From NCBI GenBank assembly GCA_052327205.1, contig CM126226.1, positions 1,426,001 through 1,490,000 on the forward strand: a DNA stretch of 64,000 bases, given 5' to 3'. Below, one piece after another: positions 11,943 through 23,929 of the stretch. The notes below the pieces were generated by a model, which was not told the origin of the DNA, did no database searches, and saw only the letters and a program-made list of their open reading frames with translations. Positions within the stretch are counted from its first letter, which is position 1. Each line of letters begins with the position of its first letter. This stretch comes from Somniosus microcephalus (taxonomy: Eukaryota). Made by a program: the position numbers and the translations under genes.

Positions 11943-12165
11943 AACAGAAAATGCTGGAAATACTCAGCAGGTCGGGCAGCATCTGTGGAGAGAGAAACCG
12001 AGTTAATGTTTCAGGTCAATGATCTTTTTCCAGTTCTGATGTAAGGTCATTGACCTGAAATATTGACTCTGTTTCTCTCTCCACAGACACTGCCTGACTC
12101 GCTGAGTGTTTCCAGCATTGTCTGGTTTTATTTCCGATTTCCAGCATCCACAGAGTTTTGCTTTT
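11943..12165. mobile_element. Inverted pair of Penelope-like terminal repeats forming a long hairpin
   Basis: Left arm AATGCTGGAAATACTCAGCAGG...GTTTCAGGTCAATGA is reverse-complementary to right arm TCATTGACCTGAAA...GCTGAGTGTTTCCAGCATT; the same sequence flanks the Penelope ORF at 25250-25345. Confidence 0.8.
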
Positions 12166-14104
12166 GTATCAGAAAGCTGCTTGTTGGATTACAAATTCAA
12201 GACCTTTGGGCAAGATTTCCAGTCAGCAGGAGAAACTCTTCGAAGTGCCTGCAATCGTGGGCTGTTGTTGCAATTCACCTTGTAAACTGACCCAAAATAA
12301 TAAAAAACACATCAACAAAGCAGCATGTTTGCGTGCAAAGTAAGATGATGTAGAAAGTAACTTGAGATCACTGCAAAATGTAGGCCGTTCTGCATGAGGT
12401 TTTAGCATGATCAAACATCCCCTGCTGGCTATACTTATCTTTATCCCATTTGGTTTGAGTTTTAGTTGGAATTAATATGTGTGCGGTTTTGTTGTGATTG
12501 GCTCTGAAGTGCATGTTTGGACTTGAGATGTCCTGTTTACCCCGTGCCATTTGTGAATTATTAAAAGAGGGCTCTCATTGGCCACTGAGTTGGGGTGACA
12601 CCCTTGAGAAGGGGACCTGCCACACTTCTTCTGTCAACTGTTCTGAGTGCGGGAGATGTTCCGCTGGTCACCGTCTCTTCCAGAGCTTCCCGTCGGGAAA
12701 TAATATCGGCAGTCGGGTGTGTCCGCCCTAATGTGGCCGGCGTCTTCGAACTGCGTGGTAATGGCGGATTGATGTCGGGCATCACATTTTCCATCGGTTG
12801 CCCTGACAACGGTGGGTGGAAGGCAGGCCAGTTGGTGTAATTGGATTCCAGCATTGGTTTGGCAGGCAGGGGGGAGATTTACATTTTATTGGTTCCCTGA
12901 AGGAGGTACGGTGGTTTCAGGCAGCTTTTCAGCAAGGAAATGGAGCGCAGCCAAGAAACTTAACTGGATTTCCCCAGCCCTGTAATAAAAAAATATATAC
13001 AAAAACAAATTGACCTCCTATTCAGCAGCCCCACTCGCCCCTGAGGCCTGCAACAGCTATTTTCATCGTCACACCTCCCCTTCTCGCTGGGTTCCCCGCC
13101 ACAGGTGGGAATTCTGCCGGAAGCCTGCCAAACTTAACAAGAGTGAGGTTGCCTCTGGAATGTTTGCCAGCTTTATACCAGGTTTCTGCCAGTGGAAAAT
13201 CCCAGCTAAGGTTTTAGTGAAAGTTCCTGGCTGCTTCGAAAGAGATGGGAACTCCTTTAATTGTTATTAAAGATCAGTCCATGCCTTCCGATTTCTAATT
13301 GCCACAGTAAGTGGCAGGAATATTTCCTCCTTCGGTTAATTTTCACTGTACTTTAGAATAATAAATAGCCTGGATTTCAGAAGCCTGGGAAATTGCAGAG
13401 TGATGAAGATTTTTGAAAAGTTGGAGAAATTGGGGAAATAAAGTGAACCATTTTTCCAAGTGACCTTTCACCACCCATGTTTAGAACCTAGGGTGGTCTC
13501 CATTCAGAAAAAATACATTTCTTAGACCAGGCAGAAAAGTGTTTTCCATCTTTCATCCTCCTGATTACCACACAAGAAGCTTGTTGACATCTGCTTTTAT
13601 TCTTATCCAACAAGCTATCCATATCCTGGATTCTTAAAGCCATCATTTGTAAAATGAGACAGGCCCCTCGATGGAGGCTGGGAATCTTCCTGCTCAACTC
13701 CAGGTCGTCCCACCACCTCATACCCTTTTGGACAGGAAGGACCTGGGAGGACAAGCAGTGGGAAAGTTTCCACAGCTCTGCAGGAAGGCTTTGTGAGCTT
13801 TTAGCTAAGTCCCAGCCCGGGGTTCTTTGGTCTTAGAAACTCTACCTTGGTGCAGATTGGTATGTGCCGGATATGGGCCCACTTATCCGGCTGTGTATTC
13901 GATATCCGGCACATAGAAACTCTACCAGTTTACAGCTCTAAGTAGTTCAGCTTGGAGACTCTCGTGCTTATTGCTGGGTTTCTGTGCATGTCCAACACTA
14001 AGCTGACCACAAAGGGTAGAAAGTGGCAAATTAATCTTGCAATAAAAACAGAAAATGCTGGAGACACTCAGCAGGTCAGGCAGCATCTGAGGGGAGAGAA
14101 ACAG

Positions 14105-14141
14105 AGTTAACGTTTCAGGTCGGTGACCCTTCGTCAGAACT
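14105..14141 (-). ncRNA. Minimal type-I hammerhead ribozyme motif in a Penelope terminal-repeat remnant (14040-14145)
   Basis: Minus strand reads AGUU-CUGACGA-AGGGUC-ACC-GACCU-GAAAC-GUU-AACU: both core boxes, stem II, stem I (AGUU/AACU) and palindromic ACGU helix III. Confidence 0.7.
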
Positions 14142-14445
14142 GGTGTTCTTGGCATTGAATTAGTCTTGTGCTCAGTTCAGTATTTCCTTTGCTGAATAAT
14201 GTGGCTTTACTGAAGATACTGAACTTCTGATATACTATAATAATTTGGTAGCTTTAAAAAGGCCCTGCATTTTCTAATAATTCTATGAAACTCTCGTGTG
14301 TGTTTTATCAGCAGGGAATGGGGGACTTTGCTTCTTGAAACAATACTAGGGAAGGAATTTCAAAGCATGTCCTTGAATGTGCCATTGACTGCTGTTCTGT
14401 GTTTACTTTCTCTGTTCATCTTGTGTCTGCCTCTTCCTATCCCAG

Positions 14446-14529
14446 TATGCTCTGCTTTACAAGGGCTTCAGCCTCCTACCTGAAAACAATTTCTATTGGC
14501 AACTGCCTCACCAGTACCTGGGGAACAAG
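14446..14529 (+). CDS. HSPG2: Perlecan L4-type exon: YALLYKGFSLLPENNFYWQLPHQYLGNK
   Basis: Long pyrimidine tract then cccAG, donor AAG|GTaacc, 84 nt phase 0/0. FYWQLP..Y.G.K matches the L4 motif before VxxYGG (human FYWQLPETYQGDK). Confidence 0.88.
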
Positions 14530-14932
14530 GTAACCAGTGTTATCAAGTACTGAATTAGAAACCATATATTGGCACGTTTGTAGTTTGGATAATAATTCTA
14601 GCCGGTGTGAGTTATCTGCATGTTTTTAATTTAACATGACGGTGTCTTTGTTTTGAAGAGAGATTCATTGGTCGGTCTACGCTCTACGGCTGGGAGAGAA
14701 AGTGTTGGAGGCCTCTGGGTCTTGCAGCAGATCCTCTGGTACTGGTCAGAAAATCAGTGCAACTTTTGAATTCTCTTCATTGGTTGAGTTACCAAGCTCT
14801 TCAGGTGCAGGCTCACCCAAAGGACCATCATTGGTCAACAGCAGCACGAGAGTGAAGTGTTGACCAGAAGCCTCCATTAAGGAAGTTTGTCAAGAACATG
14901 TTTCATTTCATGTCTTTATCCATTGAGGCAGT

Positions 14933-15054
14933 GGGGGTCATTTTAGCTTAACCCGCCAGTGGGAAACTGACGGACACACCCAGCCCGATCGAAGTCAGCG
15001 GAGAGTTGGAGTGTAAAGTTGCGGTTGACCCGGGGTTCAGTTAAAATGACTCCC
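14933..15054. mobile_element. Small MITE-like element
   Basis: Imperfect terminal inverted repeats GGGGGTCATTTTAGC / GTTAAAATGACTCCC. Confidence 0.5.
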
Positions 15055-15152
15055 TATGTCTTGGCACGTGGCCACTATTTTGACCCATGCAAGTCCTCCT
15101 TACAGGATCTTGAACAAGAACTGAAGTAGGTTTGTCGATGCTAAGCCAGTTT

Positions 15153-16755
15153 TGGTGTTGCCTGATGTAGATGAGATGGTGTTGTCTGATGTAGATGAGA
15201 TCGTGTTGTCTGATGTAGATGAGGAGATGGTGTTGTCTGATGTAGATGAGGATGGTGTTGTCTGATGTAGATGAGGAGATGGTGTTGTCTGATGTAGATG
15301 AGGAGATGGTGTTGTCTGATGTAGATGAGGAGATGGTGTTGTCTGATGTAGATGAGGAGATGGTGTTGTCTGATGTAGATGAGGAGATGGTGTTGTCTGA
15401 TGTAGATGAGGAGATCGTGTTGTCTGATGTAGATGAGATGGTGTTGTCTGATGTAGATGAGATGGTGTTGTCTGATGTAGATGAGGATGGTGTTGTCTGA
15501 TGTAGATGAGGATGGTGTTGTCTGATGTAGATGAGGAGATGGTGTTGTCTGATGTAGATGAGGATGGTGTTGTCTGATGTAGATGAGGATGGTGTTGTCT
15601 GATGTAGATGAGATGGTGTTGTCTGATGTAGATGAGATGGTGTTGTCTGATGTAGATGAGGATGGTGTTGTCTGATGTAGATGAGATGGTGTTGCCTGAT
15701 GTAGATGAGATGGTGTTGTCTGATGTAGATGAGGTGGTGTTGTCTGATGTAGATGAGGAGATGGTGTTGTCTGATGTAGATGAGGAGATGGTGTTGTCTG
15801 ATGTAGATGAGGTGGTGTTGTCTGATGTAGATGAGGATGGTGTTGTCTGATGTAGATGAGGAGATGGTGTTGTCTGATGTAGATGAGGAGATGGTGTTGT
15901 CTGATGTAGATGAGGATGGTGTTGTCTGATGTAGATGAGGAGATGGTGTTGTCTGATGTAGATGAGGAGATGGTGTTGTCTGATGTAGATGAGGAGATGG
16001 TGTTGTCTGATGTAGATGAGGATGGTGTTGTCTGATGTAGATGAGGAGATGGTGTTGTCTGATGTAGATGAGATGGTATCTGATGTAGATGAGGAGATGG
16101 TGTTGTCTGATGTAGATGAGATGGTGTTGTCTGATGTAGATGAGATGGTGTCTGATGTAGATGAGGAGATGGTGTTGTCTGATGTAGATGAGATGGTGTT
16201 GTCTGATGTAGATGAGATGGTGTTGTCTGATGTAGATGAGGAGATGGTGTTGTCTGATGTAGATGAGATGGTGTCTGATGTAGATGAGGAGATGGTGTTG
16301 TCTGATGTAGATGAGATGGTGTTGTCTGATGTAGATGAGATGGTGTTGTCTGATGTAGATGAGGATGGTGTTGTCTGATGTAGATGAGGAGATGGTGTTG
16401 TCTGATGTAGATGAGGAGATGGTGTTGTCTGATGTAGATGAGGAGATGGTGTTGTCTGATGTAGATGAGGAGATGGTGTTGTCTGATGTAGATGAGGAGA
16501 TGGTGTTGTCTGATGTAGATGAGGAGATGGTGTTGTCTGATGTAGATGAGGAGATGGTGTTGTCTGATGTAGATGAGATGGTGTTGCCTGATGTAGATGA
16601 GATGGTGTTGCCTGATGTAGATGAGATGGTGTTGTCTGATGTAGATGAGGATGGTGTTGTCTGATGTAGATGAGATGGTGTTGTCTGATGTAGATGAGAT
16701 GGTGTTGTCTGATGTAGATGAGATGGTGTTGTCTGATGTAGATGAGGAGATGGTG
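15153..16755. repeat. Minisatellite with 21/24/25/27-bp unit variants (GATGTAGATGAG[GAG]ATGGTGTTGTCT), about 60 copies
   Basis: Read directly; source of the 574 and 637 aa low-complexity ORFs. Confidence 0.97.
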
Positions 16756-17516
16756 CCCTGGCCAAGCCACCTGAGGCAAGTTGCTTTTTTGGTGAAGCAT
16801 GGATGGTACGGGAGCAGTTATGTCATTCCAGCGTAGAAAATCGGAAGTGGGGAGTTCCAGGAAGATAAGTGTCTCATTTTTCCAATAGCAACCTTTTATA
16901 TTTCCAATCTCTTCCCCTGTGCCCCATATCTTCTCTTCCCCAAACCAGCCAAAATGAAGGTCCTGCCTAAACTCCTTTATGACTGGGGAAAAACGTCTGT
17001 TCAGAAAGTGCATTAGGATTTACTGTTTGGAGGCCACGCAAGTTCATTATTTGGTCTTCGCTGAGGGTCGTTCTAAGCATCAAGTGACAGGGTTGTAGTC
17101 TCCATCAATCCATTCCAATGCTGATTGCGGAGGCCCCTCTGCTTGAAAATTGAGGAGGGATTCCTTTTCTCTGGGAGCAGGTTTGTTCAGTTTCTTATTA
17201 CATCAGTTGAGGAAAATGGAACACACTATCATCAGATCAAGTACTTGTCAGCTGCGTGTGGCCAACACTTCAGAATTACAGTCAAGATGTGATGAGACAA
17301 TGTGATTGACAATGGATCTGACAACAATAACAACAGCTTGTATTTATATAGCACCTTTAACGTAGTAAAACATCCCAAGGTGCTTCACAGGAGTATTAAA
17401 AGACAAAAATATTTGACACCGAGCCCCACACGACGCTGTGTTTTCAGATGATGTTGCCGAGGAGCAACATGTAGATGAGAAATAGGAGGGGCCAAGAATA
17501 GATCCTTGGGCGACAT

Positions 17517-18680
17517 AGAAACATCGAAGATAGGAGCAGGAGTAGGCCCTTCGGCCCCTCGCGCCTGCTCCGCCATTTAATGAGATCATGGCTGATCATC
17601 CAAATTCAGTACCCTGTCCCTGCCTTCTCCCCATATCTCTTGATCCCTTTAGCCTTAAGAAATATATCTAACTCTTTCTTGAATATCTTTAATGAATTGG
17701 CTTCTGTGGTAGAGAATTCCACAGGTTCACCACTCTTTGGGTGAAGAAATTCCTCCTCATCTCAGTCCTAAATGGCTTACCCCTTATCCTTAGACTGTGA
17801 CCCCTGGTGCTGGACTCCCCCGCCATCGGGAACATCCTTCCTGCATCTAGTCTGTCTAGTCCTGTTAGAACTTTATAAATTTCAATGAGATCCCCTCTCA
17901 TTCTTCTAAACTCGAACGAATATAAGCTTAATCGACCCAATCTCTCCTCATATGTCATTCCTGCCATCCCAGGTATCAGTCTGGTGAATCTTCGCTGAAC
18001 TCCTTCCATGGCAAGAACATCCTTCCTCAGATAAGGTGACCAAAACTGCACACAATACTCAAGGTGTGGTTTCACCAAGGCCCTGTACAACTGCAGCAAG
18101 ACATCCTTGCTCCTGTACTCTAATCCTCTCGCTATGAAGGCCAACATACCATTTGCCGCCTTAACCGCCTGCTGCACCTGCATGCTTACCTTCAGCGACT
18201 GGTGCACAAGGACACCCAGGTCTCGTTGCACTTCCCCTTTTCCCAATCTATTGCCATTCAGATAATAATCTGCCTTCCTGTTTTTGCCACCAAAGTGGAT
18301 AACCTCGCATTTATCCACACTATACTGCATCTGCCATGTATCTGCCCAACCACCCAACCTGTCCAAATCATACTGGAGTTTCTCTGCATCCTCCTCACAG
18401 CACACACGCCCACCCAGCTTTCTGTCATCTGCAAACTTGGAGATATTACATCTAGTTCCCTCGTCTAGATCATTTATATATATTGTGAATAGCTGGGGTC
18501 CTAGCACCGATCCCTGCGGTACCCCACTAGTCACTGCCTGCCACTTGGAAAAAGACCCATTTATTCCAACTCTTTGCTTCCTGTCTGCCAACCAGTTCTC
18601 TATCCAAGACAGTACCTTACCCCAAATCCCGTGTGCTTTAACTTTACACGCCAATCTCTTATGCAGGACCTTATCGAAAG
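17517..18680 (-). mobile_element. CR1 LINE, 5'-truncated, inserted into an L2 fragment
   Basis: 351-aa ORF with GVPQGSVLGP, KFADD, HLEYCVQFWSP; L2 sequence stops at about 17517 (CCTTGGGCGACA) and resumes at about 18682 (ACACCAGAGGTAACG). Confidence 0.95.
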
Positions 18681-19000
18681 TACACCAGAGGTAACGATGT
18701 GGGAGCAGGAAGAGGAGCCATTGCAGACCAATAGCCCAACACACTGTAATTTATTAAACTGTCTATACTTACCTACCAATTCATAAAGGAATGCTAACGA
18801 AGGAGTGATAGCAGTCAAACAATGAATATTTCTCGTTAACAGAACCAGACTGTGCCAACTATGTAACAAAATCTACAAATAAATTAGGAGCAAGGTTTAA
18901 AGCCTGTAATTATACTTGGGTAATGGGCCAGGTGTATATCAGAAATGATGGATGTAGCACATGTCATCTTTTACTTTCATTAATAACTGAAAGGATACAA

Positions 19001-19345
19001 CACGGTGGCATAGTGGTTAGCACTGTTGCCTCACAGCGCCAGAGACCCGGGTTCGAATCCGGCCTCGGGCGACTGTCTGTGTGGAGTTTGCACATTCTCC
19101 CTGTGTTTGCGTGGGTTTCCTCCGGGTGCTCCGGTTTCCTCCCACAGTCCAAAGATGTGCGGGTTAGGTTGATTGGCTATGATAAATTGACCCTTAGTGT
19201 TAGGGGGGATTAAATACGTGGGGTTACAGGGATAGGGTGGGATATGTGTTGGTGTAGGGGTTACGGGGATCGGGTGGGATATGTGTCGGTGCAGGCTCGA
19301 TGGGCCGAAAGGGCCTCTATCTGCATTGTGGGGTTTCTGTGTGTG
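19001..19345 (+). mobile_element. tRNA-derived V-SINE (HE1-like)
   Basis: A box TGGCATAGTGG, B box GGTTCGAATCC, V domain GTGGGTTTCCTCCGGGTGCTCCGGTTTCCTCCCACAGTCCAAAGA, CR1-like tail. Confidence 0.93.
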
Positions 19346-21161
19346 AACTGTCGGGAAAGATTCTGCAAAAGAGAAGACTAAGAGGAGACCTGATAGAAGT
19401 AGCTCCGTATCCCTTAATACCCTTACCTAACAAAAATCTATCATTCAGTTTTGAAATTTTCAATTGACCCCCAGTCTCAACAGCGTTTTTGGGGAGAGTT
19501 CCAGATTTCCACTGCCCTCCGTGTGAAGAAGTGTTTTCTGACATCACCCCTGAAGGACCCCGCTGTAATTTGAAGGCTGTGCCCCCTTGTTCTGGACTCT
19601 CCCACCAGAGGTGAGATAGGGTGGAATTGGAGAAACTTGTGGCTGATTCCCGAGAAAAGGGACCAAATATTCGATCGTCACTAACCGATCAAATAAAGAA
19701 TTTAGGAGGTACTTCCTTATAGAGTCATAACATAACAGAAGGAGGCCATTTGGCCCATCGAGTCCGTGCCGGCTCTCTGCAGAGCACTCCAGTCAGTCCC
19801 ATTCCCCCGCGATTATATCGAGAATGTGGAACTCTCTGCCACATGGAGTGGTTGAAGCAGATTATATTGATGTATTTAAGGGGAGGCTTGAAGTGTACAT
19901 GAGGGAGAAGGGAATAGAGGGACATGGGGCAGGGTGGAGAGAGGTAGTTAGAATGGGAAGGGGCTCATGGGGAGCATAAACACCGGCAATGACCATTTGG
20001 GCCGAATGACCTGTTCCTGTGCTGTAGACTTTATGTAACCCTATGTAACTGAGAACTGTATTTGTCTGATTTAGCGCCTCCGAGTTCTAAAGGGAGATGC
20101 GAGTACACTTACAGATACTTAGCATATAAATGCTGGTCAGAGGGCGCTTGAGAACAGATATTTTATATAGAGTTCAGTCGTATCTGGAATGGTGCAACTC
20201 AAAGTTTACTTGTTTGGGCGACGTTCTCGGCCAAAGCTGCTTGATGGACCTCGAAGCGGAAGGTCTACATCTCACCATGAACGAGTAAGGGGATTTAACG
20301 GGCATTGTGTTACCTGTGCAGTCAATGATAGTCACACACTGTTCTACAGACCAGATTGCTCTGCGCTTGGGACTAGTTGGGATATACGGTGATGAGGAGC
20401 CTTCATGAAGCTGTTAGCAGCACGGTCACAGTAGCACTATGATTATGTAGCGCCCACGAACACAATGTGTGGTTTTTGGCTCCAGCCAATAGTGAAACCC
20501 TTAATCATGTCCCTCTCTATAAACACGATAACATACTTTGGATATGGATGTCTGCATTTAGCTATGTTGATTTGAAATGTCAGGAAATCTAAATAAAAAT
20601 CTCTTAGTTAGCGTTTATCTGTCATTCTTCCAGTTCCCAGCCTCAGCCCCTGGGCGTATCTGTTTCCAACCCCCAGGCATGTCTGCTCTCCCAAAGGCAG
20701 CAATTGCTAGTTAACAGACTAAATGAAACTCCCTCCTCTCTGGGACTCCTGCCTCATTCCCCCACCAGAGTGCCCCATTCCCGAGCCCAGCATCTTGGTC
20801 CGTGCTTCACTGCTCCCCGTGTCCTCGACTAACTGAGCGGTGCAACAGGAGCTCCGAGTAATGGAGACTTTAAGTGAGGTATTGGAATTTAGGAGTTTTA
20901 TAAATTCAGGTTTCTGAAAAAATAAATGCAATCTATAAATTGTTAATTATAGTGTGGAACAGCTCACTGCTCAACTCATACAGTGTGTCGGCAATTTATA
21001 ACATTGAGCATTATAATTTGTGTAGGTATCTACTTGGTCATGGTGTCTGACTGTGTTCAGTCCAAGGTGTGCTGATGCTGTTTGTTCTCTTGCAGCGGCA
21101 ATAATCCACGTGTCATGTCAGTTCAAAGCATTCTTGTAATTGTCTTTGTTCTTTTGCACAG

Positions 21162-21254
21162 GTGACTTCTTACGGTGGACTCCTTCGGTACACACTCTCC
21201 TATGATGCAGGGTTCCGGGGTTCCACGGTACCTGACGCTGACGTGCAGATCATT
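21162..21254 (+). CDS. HSPG2: Perlecan domain III (L4-3) exon: VTSYGGLLRYTLSYDAGFRGSTVPDADVQII
   Basis: cacAG/GTaagt, 93 nt phase 0/0; matches human VAAYGGKLRYTLSYTAGPQGSPLSDPDVQIT. Confidence 0.96.
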
Positions 21255-21764
21255 GTAAGTGGCTGCAGTTGTCCATCTGACACACTTCACTTAAGTCTGT
21301 AGAAGCCAAAGCAAATATGAGCCAAATGTTGACTTTAGACTCCCACCAGGCAGTTTCCTGTGAAGACCAAGTTGTGGGTCTGGCATTGTCTTGAGAGATA
21401 CGTATCTAGACGTTGAACACACAAGCTCTTGAAACCAGGGAGTAGCCCTTGCACTTCCTCTGGGGATCATGCAACCCTCTTGTTTACAGCTGGCGTGCAC
21501 TGGATGGATAGAGGCTCTTCCTGATGGAGGACAAGTCCCTTATTAAGCCCAATTGTTTCAATGTACCTGACTCATGATTTCTGAACCATTGCCAGGGAAA
21601 CACATGGTGGCCGTAGAAGGCCCTTTCTGTCCTTTGAGTTGTGCTGCTTCGGGATTGGTTCTCACATTATTTACTTATTGGGTCCTATTTTTACATTTAT
21701 TGGGTGCGTTTGTTATTTTGTTTTTAAATTCTTTGAATTTTGGGGGTTTTTTGCTCATATTTTT

Positions 21765-22535
21765 CACTCAAGTACCAGGCAATGACTATCCCCAACAAGC
21801 GAGAGTCTAACCACCTCCCCTTGACATTCAATGACATTAACATCACTGAATCCCCACCATCGATATCCTGAGAATCACCATTGTCCAGAAACTTAACTGG
21901 ACCAGCCACATAAATACTGTGGCTACAAGAGCAGGTCAGAGGCTGGGTATTCTGTGGCGAGTGTCTCACCTCCTGACTCCCCAAAGCCTTTCCACCATCT
22001 ACAAGGCACAAGTAAGGAGTGTGATGGAATACTCTCCACTTGCCTGGGTGAGTGCAGCTGCAACAACACTCGAGAAGCACGACACCATCCAGGACAAAGC
22101 AGCCTGTTTGATTGGCACCCCATCCACCACCTTAAACATTCACTCCCTCTACCACAGGCGCAGTGTGGTAGAGTACCACAGGCGCAGTACCATCTACAAG
22201 ATGCACTGCAGCAACTCGCCAAGGCTTCTTCGACAGCATCTCCCAAACCCGCCACCTCTACCAACTAGAAGGACAAGGGCAGCAGGCGCATGGGAACACC
22301 ATCCCCTCCAAGTCACACACCATCCTGACTTGGAAATATATCGCCGGTCCTTCATCGTCGCTGGGTCAAAACCCTGGAACTCCCTCCCTAACAGCACTGT
22401 GGGAGTACCTTCACCACACGGACTGCAGCGGTTCAAGAAGGCGGCTCACCACCACCTTCTCAAGGGCAACTAGGGATGGGCAATGAATGCTGGCCTTGCC
22501 AGCGATGCCCAGATCCCATAAACGAATAAAAAATA
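21765..22535 (+). mobile_element. CR1-superfamily non-LTR retrotransposon 3' part (distinct family)
   Basis: 184-aa ORF RAGQRLGIL...IYKAQVRSVMEYS...WNSLP, 3' UTR ending AATAAAAA; decayed copy near 3360-3490 on the minus strand. Confidence 0.85.
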
Positions 22536-23929
22536 ACATTGAAGGAGCAGTGCACGTTGAGAGAGAGGTTCACAACCTACTGGCCAACCTGGGTGTTGGC
22601 AAGTGTCTTGGCATCATGCAGCGTGGTTGCATTACAGTGACTTGTCGTGTCTTGTGTGTGTGAGGACCAGGCTTTCCGTTGCCCTTGAACGTACGCTCTA
22701 CTGAGGTGTGCGGCGGTATGAGGTGCAGTGAAAGAGCTGTGAGCACGGATGAGGAGTTACTGTGGGACAGGCTGACGGGCAGAAATTTGAGACACAGAAT
22801 CTTGGGCCACCTGTCCAATGCATGGTCATCTTTCTTTGGGGAGTACCCTGAAGTGCCGAAATGGACCACTCTCCCCACACAGCTATACATCCACCCTGCC
22901 AGCCATCAGGAGTGGGTGAGATTCATGCCATTCGCCCACAGAAGGTGTTTTCTGCCTTCTCATTGGCTTTCCTTTCACTTTTTCACTATACGTCCTCTGC
23001 CCTCGACAAAGGTTGACAAGTATTCAGAATTATGTTTGTAGCTGTATAAAAGCTGAAATAGTGTTTGTCCCTAATGCAGCCACTTAGCTTTCTGTACGCT
23101 GGACCCTTGAAATTTGAGATGTTGGTTAGATGATGTACATCCCCCTCAATCTGCCCTGTAATCTTTTGAGGCCGCGCGACCCCTTTAATGGCTGCGCAGC
23201 CCCTCAAAGTCCGCGCATGTGTGGTCTTTTCCAATTTAAAAGCCGGATCACTGTACGGCCGCACAACTTAAGGGAACGTTGCCTCCCTTATTAAACTGGC
23301 TCCTTGCACAAGGCCACAGCTGCGGAGGCACCGATCAATAATTAGTCCAATGAGCTGATCTCGCAAAATTGTGGGCAATCGGCTCGCTGGGTTGCAGGTG
23401 AGCTTTGCCACAGCAGGTGGGCAGAAAAACCGAAGCTGAACCCAGAGCACAAAATGAGCCCTTGTAGACCTTGTGTCATCTTCGTCACGTCATTATTCCA
23501 GCAGCCTCAGCTTAGTGTATCTCATAAAGGACAAAAAGAAACCTGGCTAATCTGCCCGGTAACCAGCTCAGATCATTCAAGTTATAAAGTGTGCCGGCCT
23601 GGAGACTGGAATACCAGCACACTGTTACTCGGATTGGAGACGGACTGCAGCATCTCCCAGTAAAAGGGGGTGGGGGGGGGGGGAAGAATGGGAGGAGCGT
23701 CACGCCCAGGGATTCCCAGCATGATCTGAGAGCTGCCTGCAGGTGGTGAGCAGGCTGCACCCAGCTGGAGAGTCCAGCCAAGGGGCAAGGATGGGAGAAG
23801 GTGAAGCATTCCACAATTTGGGTAATTTCAAAGGTGAATCTTCCTCTCTCTGCCAGGTGGGAGTCTTTTTATCAAATAATTTATTAATCCCTAAATCCCA
23901 ACATTTTTCAAACTGCCTGAAAATTGGTT

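Noticed and set aside
15041-17013. 574 and 637 aa ORFs (HLHQTTPS / SSTSDNTI / LIYIRQHH repeats)
   Set aside because: Translation of a minisatellite, switching frame with unit length.
19001-19075. tRNA-like sequence with A and B boxes (also 29315-29387 on the minus strand)
   Set aside because: Head of a V-SINE, not a tRNA gene.
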